Source: a phage
Sequence record: PZ452578.1
Length of the DNA: 64,000 nucleotides
Strand: one strand, 5' to 3'
Position numbers and translations under genes: made by a program. Below the pieces are notes generated by a model. The model ran no database searches. It was not told where the DNA came from and saw only the letters and a program-made list of their open reading frames with translations. Every line of letters starts with the position of its first letter. Position 1 is the stretch's first letter. This document shows positions 28,157-37,473 of the stretch, piece by piece.

Positions 28157-28694
28157 TTACTATTTCCAAAAGTTTATTATTTTTAAGGTAATTAGCCTTT
28201 TCTAGGACTTCAGAAGCATATTTAGAACCTGCTTTAACATTCCATCCCGAATTATAAGAGGATATTGCTTTTCTTATATCGCCCTTATGTATATTTAACC
28301 AATAAGAAAGTTCAATGTACGCCCAGGAAGCTGAATTGGATCGTTTATTCAACATTCTTTTTATTTCAGCATCGGTCATATTATAACCAAGTTCCTTAAC
28401 TCTTGCTCGCATAGTAGGCAAATAATTTTGGAACATTCCGTAGGCGTGATGCTTTGGTTTAGATTTTAAATTAACTCCGCCAGAGCTTTCTTGCCATAAA
28501 ATAGCAGCCATTATATGACCTAATCCGCTCTTGTGGATATTTTTATGTGTTTTATATTTTCCATCCTTAGAAAACTGTTCCCCGAATTGATACGCGTAAC
28601 GCATGTTATCGAGTTGGACATTACTGAAAGTATGCTCGGAGCTATGTGCCATCATTGAAATGGCCAATAGACCAGCGAGTAGTGCTTTTCTCAT
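28149..28694 (-). CDS. Lytic transglycosylase-like protein with signal peptide
   Basis: 181 aa; signal peptide; SLT-type motifs WQESSGG and YGMFQ. Confidence 0.6.
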   Translation of the reverse strand: MRKALLAGLLAISMMAHSSEHTFSNVQLDNMRYAYQFGEQFSKDGKYKTHKNIHKSGLGHIMAAILWQESSGGVNLKSKPKHHAYGMFQNYLPTMRARVKELGYNMTDAEIKRMLNKRSNSASWAYIELSYWLNIHKGDIRKAISSYNSGWNVKAGSKYASEVLEKANYLKNNKLLEIVND

Positions 28695-28701
28695 GCTTAC
28701 C

Positions 28702-29163
28702 TCATTGAGTTTTAATTACTGCTTTAGAAGCCTTTCCTGGTAAACGACGACTATTGATAATTGCCATCCTGCACTGAAGTGACGGGTCTTTGAACTTCGC
28801 ATTAGGTTTACAAACTGTAAATCCAAGCCAAAGATTTCCATCTGTGATTTCTAGACGCCCAGGACGATATTCAACCCCATCAATAAAATCCTCGTCAATG
28901 TCAGGACGCGGAGGCATACTCAGGAATTCATTAACTTCTAAAACATGGTCTTTTATTTTATGGAATAATTCAAAAACGTATGTCTCATCAATCTCCCGTT
29001 GAATTGCGCGATCAAGAAGATGTTGAGAATATTTTAGATGAAACGATGAGACCCCTGCTGCTTTTGATGCCTCACGAATCTCATTGTTAATTTGACGAAA
29101 CTCCGACTCAAAGTGACGACGAAGCTTATTTCGACGGATAAAAACTTCTGTATTGATAGTCAT
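28702..29163 (-). CDS. regB: Endoribonuclease RegB
   Basis: 153 aa MTINTEVFIRRNKLRRHFESEF...; matches T4 RegB as I recall it; own early promoter. Confidence 0.8.
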   Translation of the reverse strand: MTINTEVFIRRNKLRRHFESEFRQINNEIREASKAAGVSSFHLKYSQHLLDRAIQREIDETYVFELFHKIKDHVLEVNEFLSMPPRPDIDEDFIDGVEYRPGRLEITDGNLWLGFTVCKPNAKFKDPSLQCRMAIINSRRLPGKASKAVIKTQ

Positions 29164-29190
29164 GTTATTCTCCTCTTAACTGATAGAAAA

Positions 29191-29220
29191 ATTATACCAC
29201 AGTCAAGAGGAAAAGTAAAC
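29191..29220 (-). promoter_or_regulatory. T4-type early promoter (regB)
   Basis: minus strand GTTTAC-18nt-TATAAT with TGTGG. Confidence 0.55.
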
Positions 29221-29222
29221 AG

Positions 29223-29543
29223 TTATTCTTTAAATCTAATCAATTTATTCATAGACTTTGAAACTTCTGCACGAACCTCATGTAGATTTTTGAGCTGCTC
29301 AAGACGCTGCGCATAGTAAGCAATTTCATCTTCTTCGAGACAGTCCTGTGAATCTTCTTTAAGATAACGTGCATAGTCCTGAAAAGCGTTACGAACTACT
29401 TCCTGGAAATCATCAAGACTTTGAATTTTCTTAGGAGCAGCAGATACACGACGAGGGGCAGTATAATACTCATAACCAAACCCTGCGCTTAATTGAGCCA
29501 TTAGTATTTTTCCTCTGGTTGGAACACTGCACGACAAGCCCAC
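29223..29543 (-). CDS. Hypothetical protein (106 aa)
   Basis: ORF track. Confidence 0.4.
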   Translation of the reverse strand: MGLSCSVPTRGKILMAQLSAGFGYEYYTAPRRVSAAPKKIQSLDDFQEVVRNAFQDYARYLKEDSQDCLEEDEIAYYAQRLEQLKNLHEVRAEVSKSMNKLIRFKE

Positions 29544-29803
29544 ATACTGGCTTCTTTGAGTTTCGTTTTAGCAATAGTTAACTGATCGAGGCTTTCAGCA
29601 TAATTCTTCGCGAGTTCATCATCTTCACAGCTATCAAATGCTTCCCAAAATTCATCGTATAAAGCATCAAAGATAAGTCCTAAACGAACTTCAGCGTCTT
29701 TAATAGCATTTACTTTACCGATTTTTTCGTCGGTATGTGGCTTATAACCTTTAATATCTTCAATCATATTTGACTTCCTCACCAGTGCATAAATCATATT
29801 CAA
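29501..29803 (-). CDS. Hypothetical protein (100 aa)
   Basis: ORF track. Confidence 0.4.
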   Translation of the reverse strand: MNMIYALVRKSNMIEDIKGYKPHTDEKIGKVNAIKDAEVRLGLIFDALYDEFWEAFDSCEDDELAKNYAESLDQLTIAKTKLKEASMWACRAVFQPEEKY

Positions 29804-29981
29804 CTAAACGAATAGGTTCATGAATGCCATATCCTTGAACAGAAATTTCTGTCGTAGGATAAATTCCATCAATATCACCCATATTCCAGGCTTCATTAAA
29901 TTGCTGTTCGCCTGAATTACTAAACCACTCGGCGAAAGCATTTAGCACATCTTTAGAACCTTCAATAATTATCTTTGCCAT
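29760..29981 (-). CDS. Hypothetical protein (73 aa)
   Basis: ORF track. Confidence 0.4.
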   Translation of the reverse strand: MAKIIIEGSKDVLNAFAEWFSNSGEQQFNEAWNMGDIDGIYPTTEISVQGYGIHEPIRLVEYDLCTGEEVKYD

Positions 29982-30343
29982 TACAAACTCTCAGTAAAGG
30001 TACGAGCGATAACGTCGCGCTGCTGTTCCGGAGTCAGAGAGTTAAAGCGAACTGCATAACCAGATACACGGATGGTCAGCTGCGGATATTTTTCCGGATG
30101 CTTAACTGCATCTTCCAGAGTTTCACGACGCAGAACGTTAACGTTCAGGTGTTGACCACCTTCAATTTTAATTGTAGGCTGTGGCTCAATTTCAATTTCA
30201 CGGGCATGCAAACCATAGAAAATTTCTGGGTCTACAAAAGAGTCCTCTTTAAAGGTTTTAGAAACGATAATTCGTGCTTGAATACCATCTTCAAAATAAA
30301 TAGTGCCTTTGTGTGTGCCTTCAAGAATTTGATATGCTTTCAT
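29981..30343 (-). CDS. Autonomous glycyl radical cofactor (GrcA/YfiD-like)
   Basis: 120 aa; C-terminus [59 protein letters not shown] with glycyl radical motif RVSGYAV; 3' half of gene is GC-rich. Confidence 0.75.
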   Translation of the reverse strand: MKAYQILEGTHKGTIYFEDGIQARIIVSKTFKEDSFVDPEIFYGLHAREIEIEPQPTIKIEGGQHLNVNVLRRETLEDAVKHPEKYPQLTIRVSGYAVRFNSLTPEQQRDVIARTFTESL

Positions 30344-30350
30344 ATAAACC

Positions 30351-30679
30351 TCAATTAGAAAATAAATTTATCCAAGATTGTTCTTTAATTAAAAACGGCT
30401 CAGAATCATATGCCATTAAACTTTGGGTGATTAGTCCTTTAAAAGGCCCATCAATAAATTCCATGGTAAAATATGGAATTTTATTCATTAGCCGTGCATT
30501 AGGAGCCGTGCACAAAACTCTGCATCCTTTGAATACGCCTTTTTGTAATTTGTATTGCTTGGGATAAAATTCGCTCAAAATGTTATTATTTGCTAAAATT
30601 TCAAAATGATTCACCAATTTATTTTTAATAGTTTTTGGCGAAAAATAAAGATATTCGAAAAGCTGAGTGTCTGTCATCA
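30351..30679 (-). CDS. Hypothetical protein (109 aa from MMTDTQ)
   Basis: ATGATG start overlapping upstream TGA. Confidence 0.4.
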
Positions 30680-31216
30680 TTGCATTCCGATTACGAAAAA
30701 CTGTGGACGAGTAATACCACCAATACAACATTTAATATTACAGCAGCAGTGTACAGTGTCAATATGGACACTATAAATCTTATCCATATCAGGAGATTTG
30801 ACAGGCTCATCAATTATATATAAAATTCGCGAAAGCGATAAACCTCTGAACTTGCTTCCTTTATTACCAATAAAACTGCGCACAGAATCAGTAAATAAAC
30901 GAAAACGTATATCATCATTAGAATAACGCGAAAATTCCTTTTTAATGTTATTTGCAGAAATTTTAGCGTAAGCTGAAGTATTAGAAAGAACAATAACTGT
31001 TCCGCCATCATACAGCCAATTAGCAGCAAAGTTAGTCACAGCAATTGATTTACCGGATTGACGTCCACCATCTAGTCGAAGTGTGCAATACTGTTTAAGT
31101 AAGTCTTCAAATGGCGGGATATATTCGTTTTTACAAATTTCTTCTACTCTAGCATCAGAATGGTGTGTAAAAGCATTCATCAGGGATAGATAAGGACCAG
31201 TTAAAAATGTTCTCAT
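30677..31216 (-). CDS. P-loop ATPase resembling the N-terminal ATPase core of terminase large subunits, Cys-rich C-terminus
   Basis: 179 aa; Walker A DGGRQSGKS, Walker B ILYIIDEP; C-terminal HCCCNIKCC. Confidence 0.5.
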   Translation of the reverse strand: MRTFLTGPYLSLMNAFTHHSDARVEEICKNEYIPPFEDLLKQYCTLRLDGGRQSGKSIAVTNFAANWLYDGGTVIVLSNTSAYAKISANNIKKEFSRYSNDDIRFRLFTDSVRSFIGNKGSKFRGLSLSRILYIIDEPVKSPDMDKIYSVHIDTVHCCCNIKCCIGGITRPQFFVIGMQ

Positions 31217-31356
31217 TTCTTCTCTCTAAATTTGGGCCATTCCGTGGCGCATGAATTGTCCATTTCTGTATTTACCCATTACCGCGCTTGGGCTCGACCT
31301 TATTACAGGTTGGCGGGAATCCCTCACAAAATCATGAGGTCCAGGTTGTTCCCATG

Positions 31357-31830
31357 TTATTTGAATGATTTAACGTACTGAATAGAACCTTTACTATTCA
31401 CAAAGGCAATTTTACCATTTTTGTTATACATGGTAGCAGTACGTTGATAGCCATAAGTTTGTTTACCAGATTGATAACCAACTAATGCGAAATTATCTTC
31501 ACCCATTTTATTCTGTTTAGCGCGAATACGTTCATGGCCATGTGCCATAAGAACCTTAGCATCACCAGTTGCAATGGATCTACGAGTTTTTTCATCTTCA
31601 ACTGTATTAACAAAGTCGTCAAATGAATCAAATTTAGCATGAGATTTATTATACAGTTTTCCATCTACTGCATAATTATATCCTTGTACATCCATCTCAA
31701 CTTCTGTACCATCATCCAGTACAGCAGTGATTTTCTGTCCTTTTTTAAATTTCAAAAGATCAGTAAAAGATTCAGCAATAATTTGAGAATTAATAGCTGC
31801 TTCAGTAATAAATTCTTGATAGGTTTTCAT
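31357..31830 (-). CDS. Internal protein (IPII/IPIII family) with capsid-targeting N-terminus
   Basis: 157 aa; MKTYQEFITEA leader with protease-site-like ITE/A. Confidence 0.7.
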   Translation of the reverse strand: MKTYQEFITEAAINSQIIAESFTDLLKFKKGQKITAVLDDGTEVEMDVQGYNYAVDGKLYNKSHAKFDSFDDFVNTVEDEKTRRSIATGDAKVLMAHGHERIRAKQNKMGEDNFALVGYQSGKQTYGYQRTATMYNKNGKIAFVNSKGSIQYVKSFK

Positions 31831-31846
31831 GTGTTTCCTTTAATTT

Positions 31847-32164
31847 TTATTCTTTAGGGAAGTTTTTAGAATATGCATCATAAAGCTTATTTCCAATACG
31901 GCGGAAAACTCTAGCCGCAAAACGATTTTCTGGGTTTTTAATCATGATTTGCATCATATAAGTACCCGCGTCAGAAAGAGCTTCTTCATAGTACCCGTTA
32001 ATTTCTTTAAGAGTCCTACGTTTACCACCAGGACCATCAACAGTGATTTTCCATTTACCTGTAGAAGTACGACTTGGCGGCTCAACTTGTTCAATCCAGA
32101 TATAACCGCCTTCTACACGTTGTCCTGCAGCAGATTCTGCAATAAATTCTTGATATGTTTTCAT
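31847..32164 (-). CDS. Internal protein (IPII/IPIII family)
   Basis: 105 aa; MKTYQEFIAES leader; early promoter upstream. Confidence 0.7.
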   Translation of the reverse strand: MKTYQEFIAESAAGQRVEGGYIWIEQVEPPSRTSTGKWKITVDGPGGKRRTLKEINGYYEEALSDAGTYMMQIMIKNPENRFAARVFRRIGNKLYDAYSKNFPKE

Positions 32165-32220
32165 GTGTTTCCTTTAAATATTTTAATTAGTATAATTTAT
32201 CTATTTAAGTAACTGTGAAT

Positions 32221-32250
32221 ATACTATCACAATTCCAAGAGAAAGTAAAC
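32221..32250 (-). promoter_or_regulatory. T4-type early promoter (internal protein genes)
   Basis: minus strand GTTTAC-18nt-TAGTAT with TGTGA. Confidence 0.5.
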
Positions 32251-32254
32251 AGCT

Positions 32255-33223
<969 letters not shown>

Positions 33224-33242
<19 letters not shown>

Positions 33243-33712
33243 TCAGTGATAAAGTTATTTAAATTTTGAGTATATTTCTTTTCATCAAAAATCTTTTGCT
33301 GTCTGCGTAACCGCCATGGCATTTCAATGAACACGCACCATATTCCAGATAATATTGCTGCTGTCAAAATATTAACAAGCATAATTAAAAGAATCCAATC
33401 TCCTGTTCTGCCTATTGGACTTTCTCCAAAGAAGCAAAATACGAATGATGACACAGGAAGACTAATGATATACCACAGAATCATAATCTTATTTGTAAAC
33501 CAATCAGCATTTGTTAACTTAGCGCGACCGTTTTGAATACATACGAACTTATCATCTGTTATAGTAGATGGCTTAGCTGCTTGATATCCCATTCTAAACT
33601 CCCTAATTAACAAATTTTTCATATCTTCGGAACAACCATTCCAGTCAACTCTATCAACTGAAATGCCATCATCCCCATCATCTAAATCATACCAGCGAGT
33701 TTTTAAAATCAT
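33224..33712 (-). CDS. Membrane protein (162 aa)
   Basis: Two adjacent TM helices. Confidence 0.45.
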
Positions 33713-34071
33713 CTGATTTTCCTACAATCACTCACAAACTCTTCCATTGATTCTTTTTCAATATAAGACATGTAGCTATTATATTCCTTTAATTGTATTT
33801 TGTAATCCTTTTTTCTTTGCCAATTTATTTTAAAATTATCATAATGAAAATATAACACGGTACCAAAGAATGAAAATAATGAAATCGCTATAGTAAAACG
33901 AAGTTCACTCCAAACCTCTGTTATAATTACTGTGCCGTCGATATTTAAAATAAAACAGTCAATTAACAATCCAATAAGACTACCTGCAAGAGCTGCAAAT
34001 GCTGATACGGCAAGAATTAATAGTGCCTCTGGAAACGAATATTTAACTTTATTTAGTTTTGGCTTTTGCAT
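33709..34071 (-). CDS. Membrane protein (120 aa)
   Basis: Two TM helices. Confidence 0.45.
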   Translation of the reverse strand: MQKPKLNKVKYSFPEALLILAVSAFAALAGSLIGLLIDCFILNIDGTVIITEVWSELRFTIAISLFSFFGTVLYFHYDNFKINWQRKKDYKIQLKEYNSYMSYIEKESMEEFVSDCRKIR

Positions 34072-34466
34072 CGTGATTCCTTAACAAATTTCATAATTTC
34101 ATCAAATTCATACATATCTAGTTTAAGCTGATGTTCCTTTTTAATCTTTTTACACTGCGCTTTCCAATCACGTACGCGTTTACGATAATGTCTTCCTTGA
34201 TACCAGTATCCTACCCAATTTACGGGTACTAATAAAAGCGGAACTACCAATGGAAGAATTAGTGTTGCTCCAAATATTACACCAGATTCAATATCAGTCA
34301 TAACGTCTATAATCATTCCAGCAATCAGCAGAATCACAAATGATACAGCTACCACAGGACCTATTAACACATCAGTAGAAATTATCTGACGCTTTAATTC
34401 ATACTTCAACGGTTTACTTGGAAGGTATAGTGATGGTTTTGACATATTCTCTACATTCCTTAACAA
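34053..34466 (-). CDS. Membrane protein (137 aa)
   Basis: Two TM helices, basic C-terminus. Confidence 0.45.
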   Translation of the reverse strand: MLRNVENMSKPSLYLPSKPLKYELKRQIISTDVLIGPVVAVSFVILLIAGMIIDVMTDIESGVIFGATLILPLVVPLLLVPVNWVGYWYQGRHYRKRVRDWKAQCKKIKKEHQLKLDMYEFDEIMKFVKESRCKSQN

Positions 34467-35022
34467 ATTTTTCTAATAATAAATCGCTTTCAAAATTGGG
34501 ATTTTCTACGAATTTATCAAAAAGATCATCAACAATAGTTAAGATATTCTTTTTACTAAGAATACGTTTATTTTCATGCTTCGTTTCAGAATCAACTATA
34601 AGAGTAAAGAAATATTTCTTGCCCTGAAATTTTACAGTAGTATCAATATAGAATAAATTTGACTTTTGTAAATTACGTTTAAACCATGCATCACTTAAAC
34701 TATAAACGCCAAGATAATCATAATCGTCGTTTAAATAACAGACCGTCCATTCAGGAGAAACAAAATCAGTAAATTCAACGTCAAAATCGCATGTTAATAA
34801 ATGAATTGATTCAATACTGTTAATAAGTATTCCAGGACGTATTAAAGACTTTTTACCTCTAGAAAATCTTCCAGAAAGACTTTCATCAGTTTCATATGAA
34901 GAACCCCAATAATAATTACGTCCTTCTGCCATACGTTTAAGAGCATTTAGTAATTGGTCTGGAACATCAACCTGTCTTTGGAACTCTTCAAACATTGAAT
35001 TGAAATCACTTTGCATTTTCAT
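34414..35022 (-). CDS. Hypothetical protein (202 aa)
   Basis: ORF track. Confidence 0.45.
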   Translation of the reverse strand: MKMQSDFNSMFEEFQRQVDVPDQLLNALKRMAEGRNYYWGSSYETDESLSGRFSRGKKSLIRPGILINSIESIHLLTCDFDVEFTDFVSPEWTVCYLNDDYDYLGVYSLSDAWFKRNLQKSNLFYIDTTVKFQGKKYFFTLIVDSETKHENKRILSKKNILTIVDDLFDKFVENPNFESDLLLEKFVKECREYVKTITIPSK

Positions 35023-35043
35023 TCCTATTTACTCCAAGTAATA

Positions 35044-35057
35044 GGGGCCGAAGCCCC
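35044..35057 (-). promoter_or_regulatory. C(UUCG)G tetraloop hairpin between ORFs
   Basis: plus ggggccgaagcccc; minus RNA GGGGC-UUCG-GCCCC. Confidence 0.4.
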
Positions 35058-35063
35058 TTATCA

Positions 35064-35657
35064 TTATTTCAGAGAATTAATGTATTCCTGAACATCGGCA
35101 GAGGTAGTTTCAACCCCAGAAATATTGCCATTAAATGTTTCAACTCGGGCAAGAGTATCTTCAATATCAACCTTAGTCAGCGCTGCAATTTCAACTACAT
35201 CATCAGCAGTACTAATTCCAAGTGCATTCGCTGCACGAGTTTCACGGATATATTCCAATTTAACTGCAAGTTCTTGGCGAGCATCATCTAACTCAACTAC
35301 TTTCTTAGCGATTTCAATTCGCATTTCAGCATACCCATCAGCTTTAGTAGTCAGCTGTTCAGCTGTTCGACGATATAGCAAACCGAGTTTAGCATGCATT
35401 GTTACATCTTGACCTTCGGAAAGAAGCTTGCGAATTTCACGCTCTTTTGATTCAGCCTGTTTATTCTTTTCAATAACAAGTTCACGAATACGTTTTTCTT
35501 CATTAATAGATTTAACAGAAGCAGTTTTTAGATCTTTAATTTTATCAAGTAGTTTTGCTGCTGCAGCAGTATACTGTTCTTCAACAGATAGATTTTTAGC
35601 CATAGCAGAACCAAGTTTAGTGCGAATAAACTCAACAATTTTCTTCAGTGTGTTCAT
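35064..35657 (-). CDS. Coiled-coil protein (197 aa)
   Basis: Long heptad-rich helical sequence. Confidence 0.5.
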   Translation of the reverse strand: MNTLKKIVEFIRTKLGSAMAKNLSVEEQYTAAAAKLLDKIKDLKTASVKSINEEKRIRELVIEKNKQAESKEREIRKLLSEGQDVTMHAKLGLLYRRTAEQLTTKADGYAEMRIEIAKKVVELDDARQELAVKLEYIRETRAANALGISTADDVVEIAALTKVDIEDTLARVETFNGNISGVETTSADVQEYINSLK

Positions 35658-35945
35658 AGTATTTCCTTAGGTTAATTAAGATTTAAAATCCATGAGAGTA
35701 TTATACTCCGGATAGTTTGTAAACTATTTCAACATCGCCTTTTGCTGCTTTATAACCTTCAGCCCAAGATACAACCGAGTTTTTATCTGAAGATTCAAAT
35801 TCTGGCATTGGGCTTTCGCCAATGTTCACGCAGTATGTTTCTTCATTTTCGTCGAACCAAATAATTAAAGTAGTCATTTATTTCTCCGTTTCTGTATTTG
35901 TTTTGATAAGTCTATAATAACACCGTCCTTGGTGTTTGTATACAA

Positions 35946-36221
35946 TTATTTCATATTATTGAAATATTCTTCAGCAATTTCATCATTATCATGATAAACT
36001 TTAGAAGACAGTTTAACATAACCTTCTGCCGTGAACATGTTAATCACAACCTTTACAGTATACCACTGACCGTCTTCATTACCCATTACTGCATAAGTTT
36101 CAAACATCGGATGGTCAGGACCGATAACTTTAATATCATTCACCGTACGACCAAAATCTTCTGAAACACATTTCATAAAGAAGTTGAACAGTTCACCGTA
36201 ATTATCCATTTCATTCTCCAA
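35946..36221 (-). CDS. Hypothetical acidic protein (91 aa)
   Basis: ORF track; early promoter upstream. Confidence 0.45.
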   Translation of the reverse strand: MENEMDNYGELFNFFMKCVSEDFGRTVNDIKVIGPDHPMFETYAVMGNEDGQWYTVKVVINMFTAEGYVKLSSKVYHDNDEIAEEYFNNMK

Positions 36222-36252
36222 GTTGTTTTCTGTATCAGCAGTTGATAGTTGT

Positions 36253-36282
36253 ATAGTACCATGGAAGAACAGGGATGTAAAC
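36253..36282 (-). promoter_or_regulatory. T4-type early promoter (repeat family)
   Basis: minus strand GTTTAC-18nt-TACTAT; near-identical to 21196-21265 block. Confidence 0.5.
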
Positions 36283-36415
36283 AGTTTTGTGAAAAAATTT
36301 TTAAAAAGTTTTAGGGAATTCTAGGGTCAGGAGGGGCAATTAAAAGGTAGGATAATATATTATAAAGGGTATAAACTAAATGATGCCTAGAGAGGCCCGA
36401 AAAGGCCTAGATACC

Positions 36416-36446
36416 AAAAAGCCCCAACCTTTCGGTCGGGGCTAAG
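36416..36446 (-). terminator. Terminator hairpin (GAAA tetraloop, 9-bp stem, U tract); copy 1 of exact 31-nt repeat
   Basis: plus aaaaagccccaacctttcggtcggggctaag; minus RNA GCCCCGACC-GAAA-GGUUGGGGC-UUUUU. Confidence 0.55.
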
Positions 36447-36450
36447 AATG

Positions 36451-36924
36451 TTATTTGATTTGTTTAGCAGACCAAATGCGGTCTTTAATAATTTTTTGGA
36501 TGTCTTCAACATACTCAAGAGAGTGAGCATGTGGGTTATCTTTGAAACTATAAGCACGAGCTAGCTTTTGGCCTTCAGTTTTGATTACTAAAAGCTCTTT
36601 AAGGATAGCTTCATATTTAGAGATAATTCCTTTAACAATATTTTTTTCTTGTGCAGCTTTAGGATCTGCTTTAGGAGCAGGTTTACCTGAAGCCTTTGCA
36701 AAAGCAGCTCCAGTAGCAACTAAACTTTTCCAGGCCATACTAACCGCATTTCCTGTAAATCCTTCTGCTTTCATGTCGCGAGCAAATTGGAATCGTGATT
36801 CATCGGAAGCATCTTTATAGGAATATTTACCCGCGGCAATGGCTGCTTTTGCGACAGCTTGAATTTCGGTGCTAGATGCTTCATTTAACACCGCTTCATT
36901 TAAAAATTGAGCATATGATTTCAT
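36451..36924 (-). CDS. Internal-protein-like protein with capsid-targeting-sequence-like N-terminus
   Basis: 157 aa; MKSYAQFLNEA leader resembling MKTYQEFIAEA of IPs with L-x-E cleavage motif; own late promoter and SD AGGAA. Confidence 0.6.
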   Translation of the reverse strand: MKSYAQFLNEAVLNEASSTEIQAVAKAAIAAGKYSYKDASDESRFQFARDMKAEGFTGNAVSMAWKSLVATGAAFAKASGKPAPKADPKAAQEKNIVKGIISKYEAILKELLVIKTEGQKLARAYSFKDNPHAHSLEYVEDIQKIIKDRIWSAKQIK

Positions 36925-36960
36925 CTTATTTCCTGTTTTAATTCGTGGTTTTAATATATT

Positions 36961-36968
36961 TATTTATA
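36961..36968 (-). promoter_or_regulatory. T4 late promoter box TATAAATA
   Basis: plus tatttata; 37 nt upstream of ATG 36924. Confidence 0.45.
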
Positions 36969-36970
36969 CT

Positions 36971-37001
36971 AAAAAGCCCCAACCTTTCGGTCGGGGCTAA
37001 G
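36971..37001 (-). terminator. Terminator hairpin; copy 2 of exact 31-nt repeat
   Basis: Identical to 36416-36446. Confidence 0.55.
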
Positions 37002-37050
37002 CCTTGCGGCAACCTTGTCGGGGTTCCACCTGCTAAGGCAAGTGTTTGTA

Positions 37051-37205
37051 CGAAACGCCGGGATTCGAACCCGGTTATTAAGCAGTTGACGCTACTCAAT
37101 ATTTTTAAAAGGCCATATCTCGACCATATCCGAACGTTCCGTCAAAAACGCTACTCGGCTTACGGCAAAGATATTTCCTCGAATCGATAATTCGGTGCGC
37201 CGTTT
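37051..37205 (-). ncRNA. Candidate stable tRNA-like RNA (T-arm plus acceptor 3' strand recognisable; 5' half not canonical)
   Basis: minus RNA ends CCGGG-TTCGAAT-CCCGG-CGTTTCG; possible partner AGAAACG about 150 nt upstream. Confidence 0.25.
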
Positions 37206-37314
37206 CTGCTGTGATATAAGTGGACATTAACAAAACATAAAGATTTATTAATGCCAGTCCTTAAACAGGGAACATCAGTCCGACGACTTACCGGTAGCGA
37301 CCCGGCTTCTTGTT

Positions 37315-37390
37315 TGGTCGAGGCAGTAGGAATCGAACCTACGACCTAGGACTTAGAAGGTCCTTGCTCTTCCTTCTGAGCTATGCCTCG
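37315..37390 (-). tRNA. tRNA-Arg (anticodon UCU)
   Basis: Manual fold: acceptor CGAGGCA/TGCCTCG, D-stem GCTC/GAGC, anticodon loop CTTCTAA, T-loop TTCGATT, CCA encoded. Confidence 0.8.
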
Positions 37391-37394
37391 GATT

Positions 37395-37469
37395 TGGCGG
37401 ACGTGATAGGATTCGAACCTATAACCAATCGCTTAACAGGCGATCGCTCTGCCATTGAGCTACACATCC
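37395..37469 (-). tRNA. tRNA-Asn (anticodon GUU)
   Basis: Manual fold: acceptor GGATGTG/CACGTCC, D-stem GCTC/GAGC, anticodon loop CTGTTAA, T-loop TTCGAAT, CCA encoded. Confidence 0.75.
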
Positions 37470-37473
37470 AAAT

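Noticed and set aside
29223-31216. Search for endonuclease V (denV) between regB and the IP genes
   Set aside because: None of the six ORFs resembles the T4 denV sequence I recall; reported as absent at this locus rather than as a feature.
35700-35724. GTTTAC plus TATAAT pair upstream of ORF 35064-35657 as an early promoter
   Set aside because: The spacer between the hexamers is only 13 nt, incompatible with sigma70 spacing.
36361-36420. Plus-strand mini-ORF (MMPREARKGLDTKKPQPFGRG) with tataaag-like sequence upstream
   Set aside because: No exact TATAAATA, 21 codons only, and it overlaps the terminator hairpin of the opposite strand.
36945-37190. Track ORF 36945-37190 (+)
   Set aside because: Spans the late promoter, terminator repeat and tRNA-like RNA region; no coding signal.
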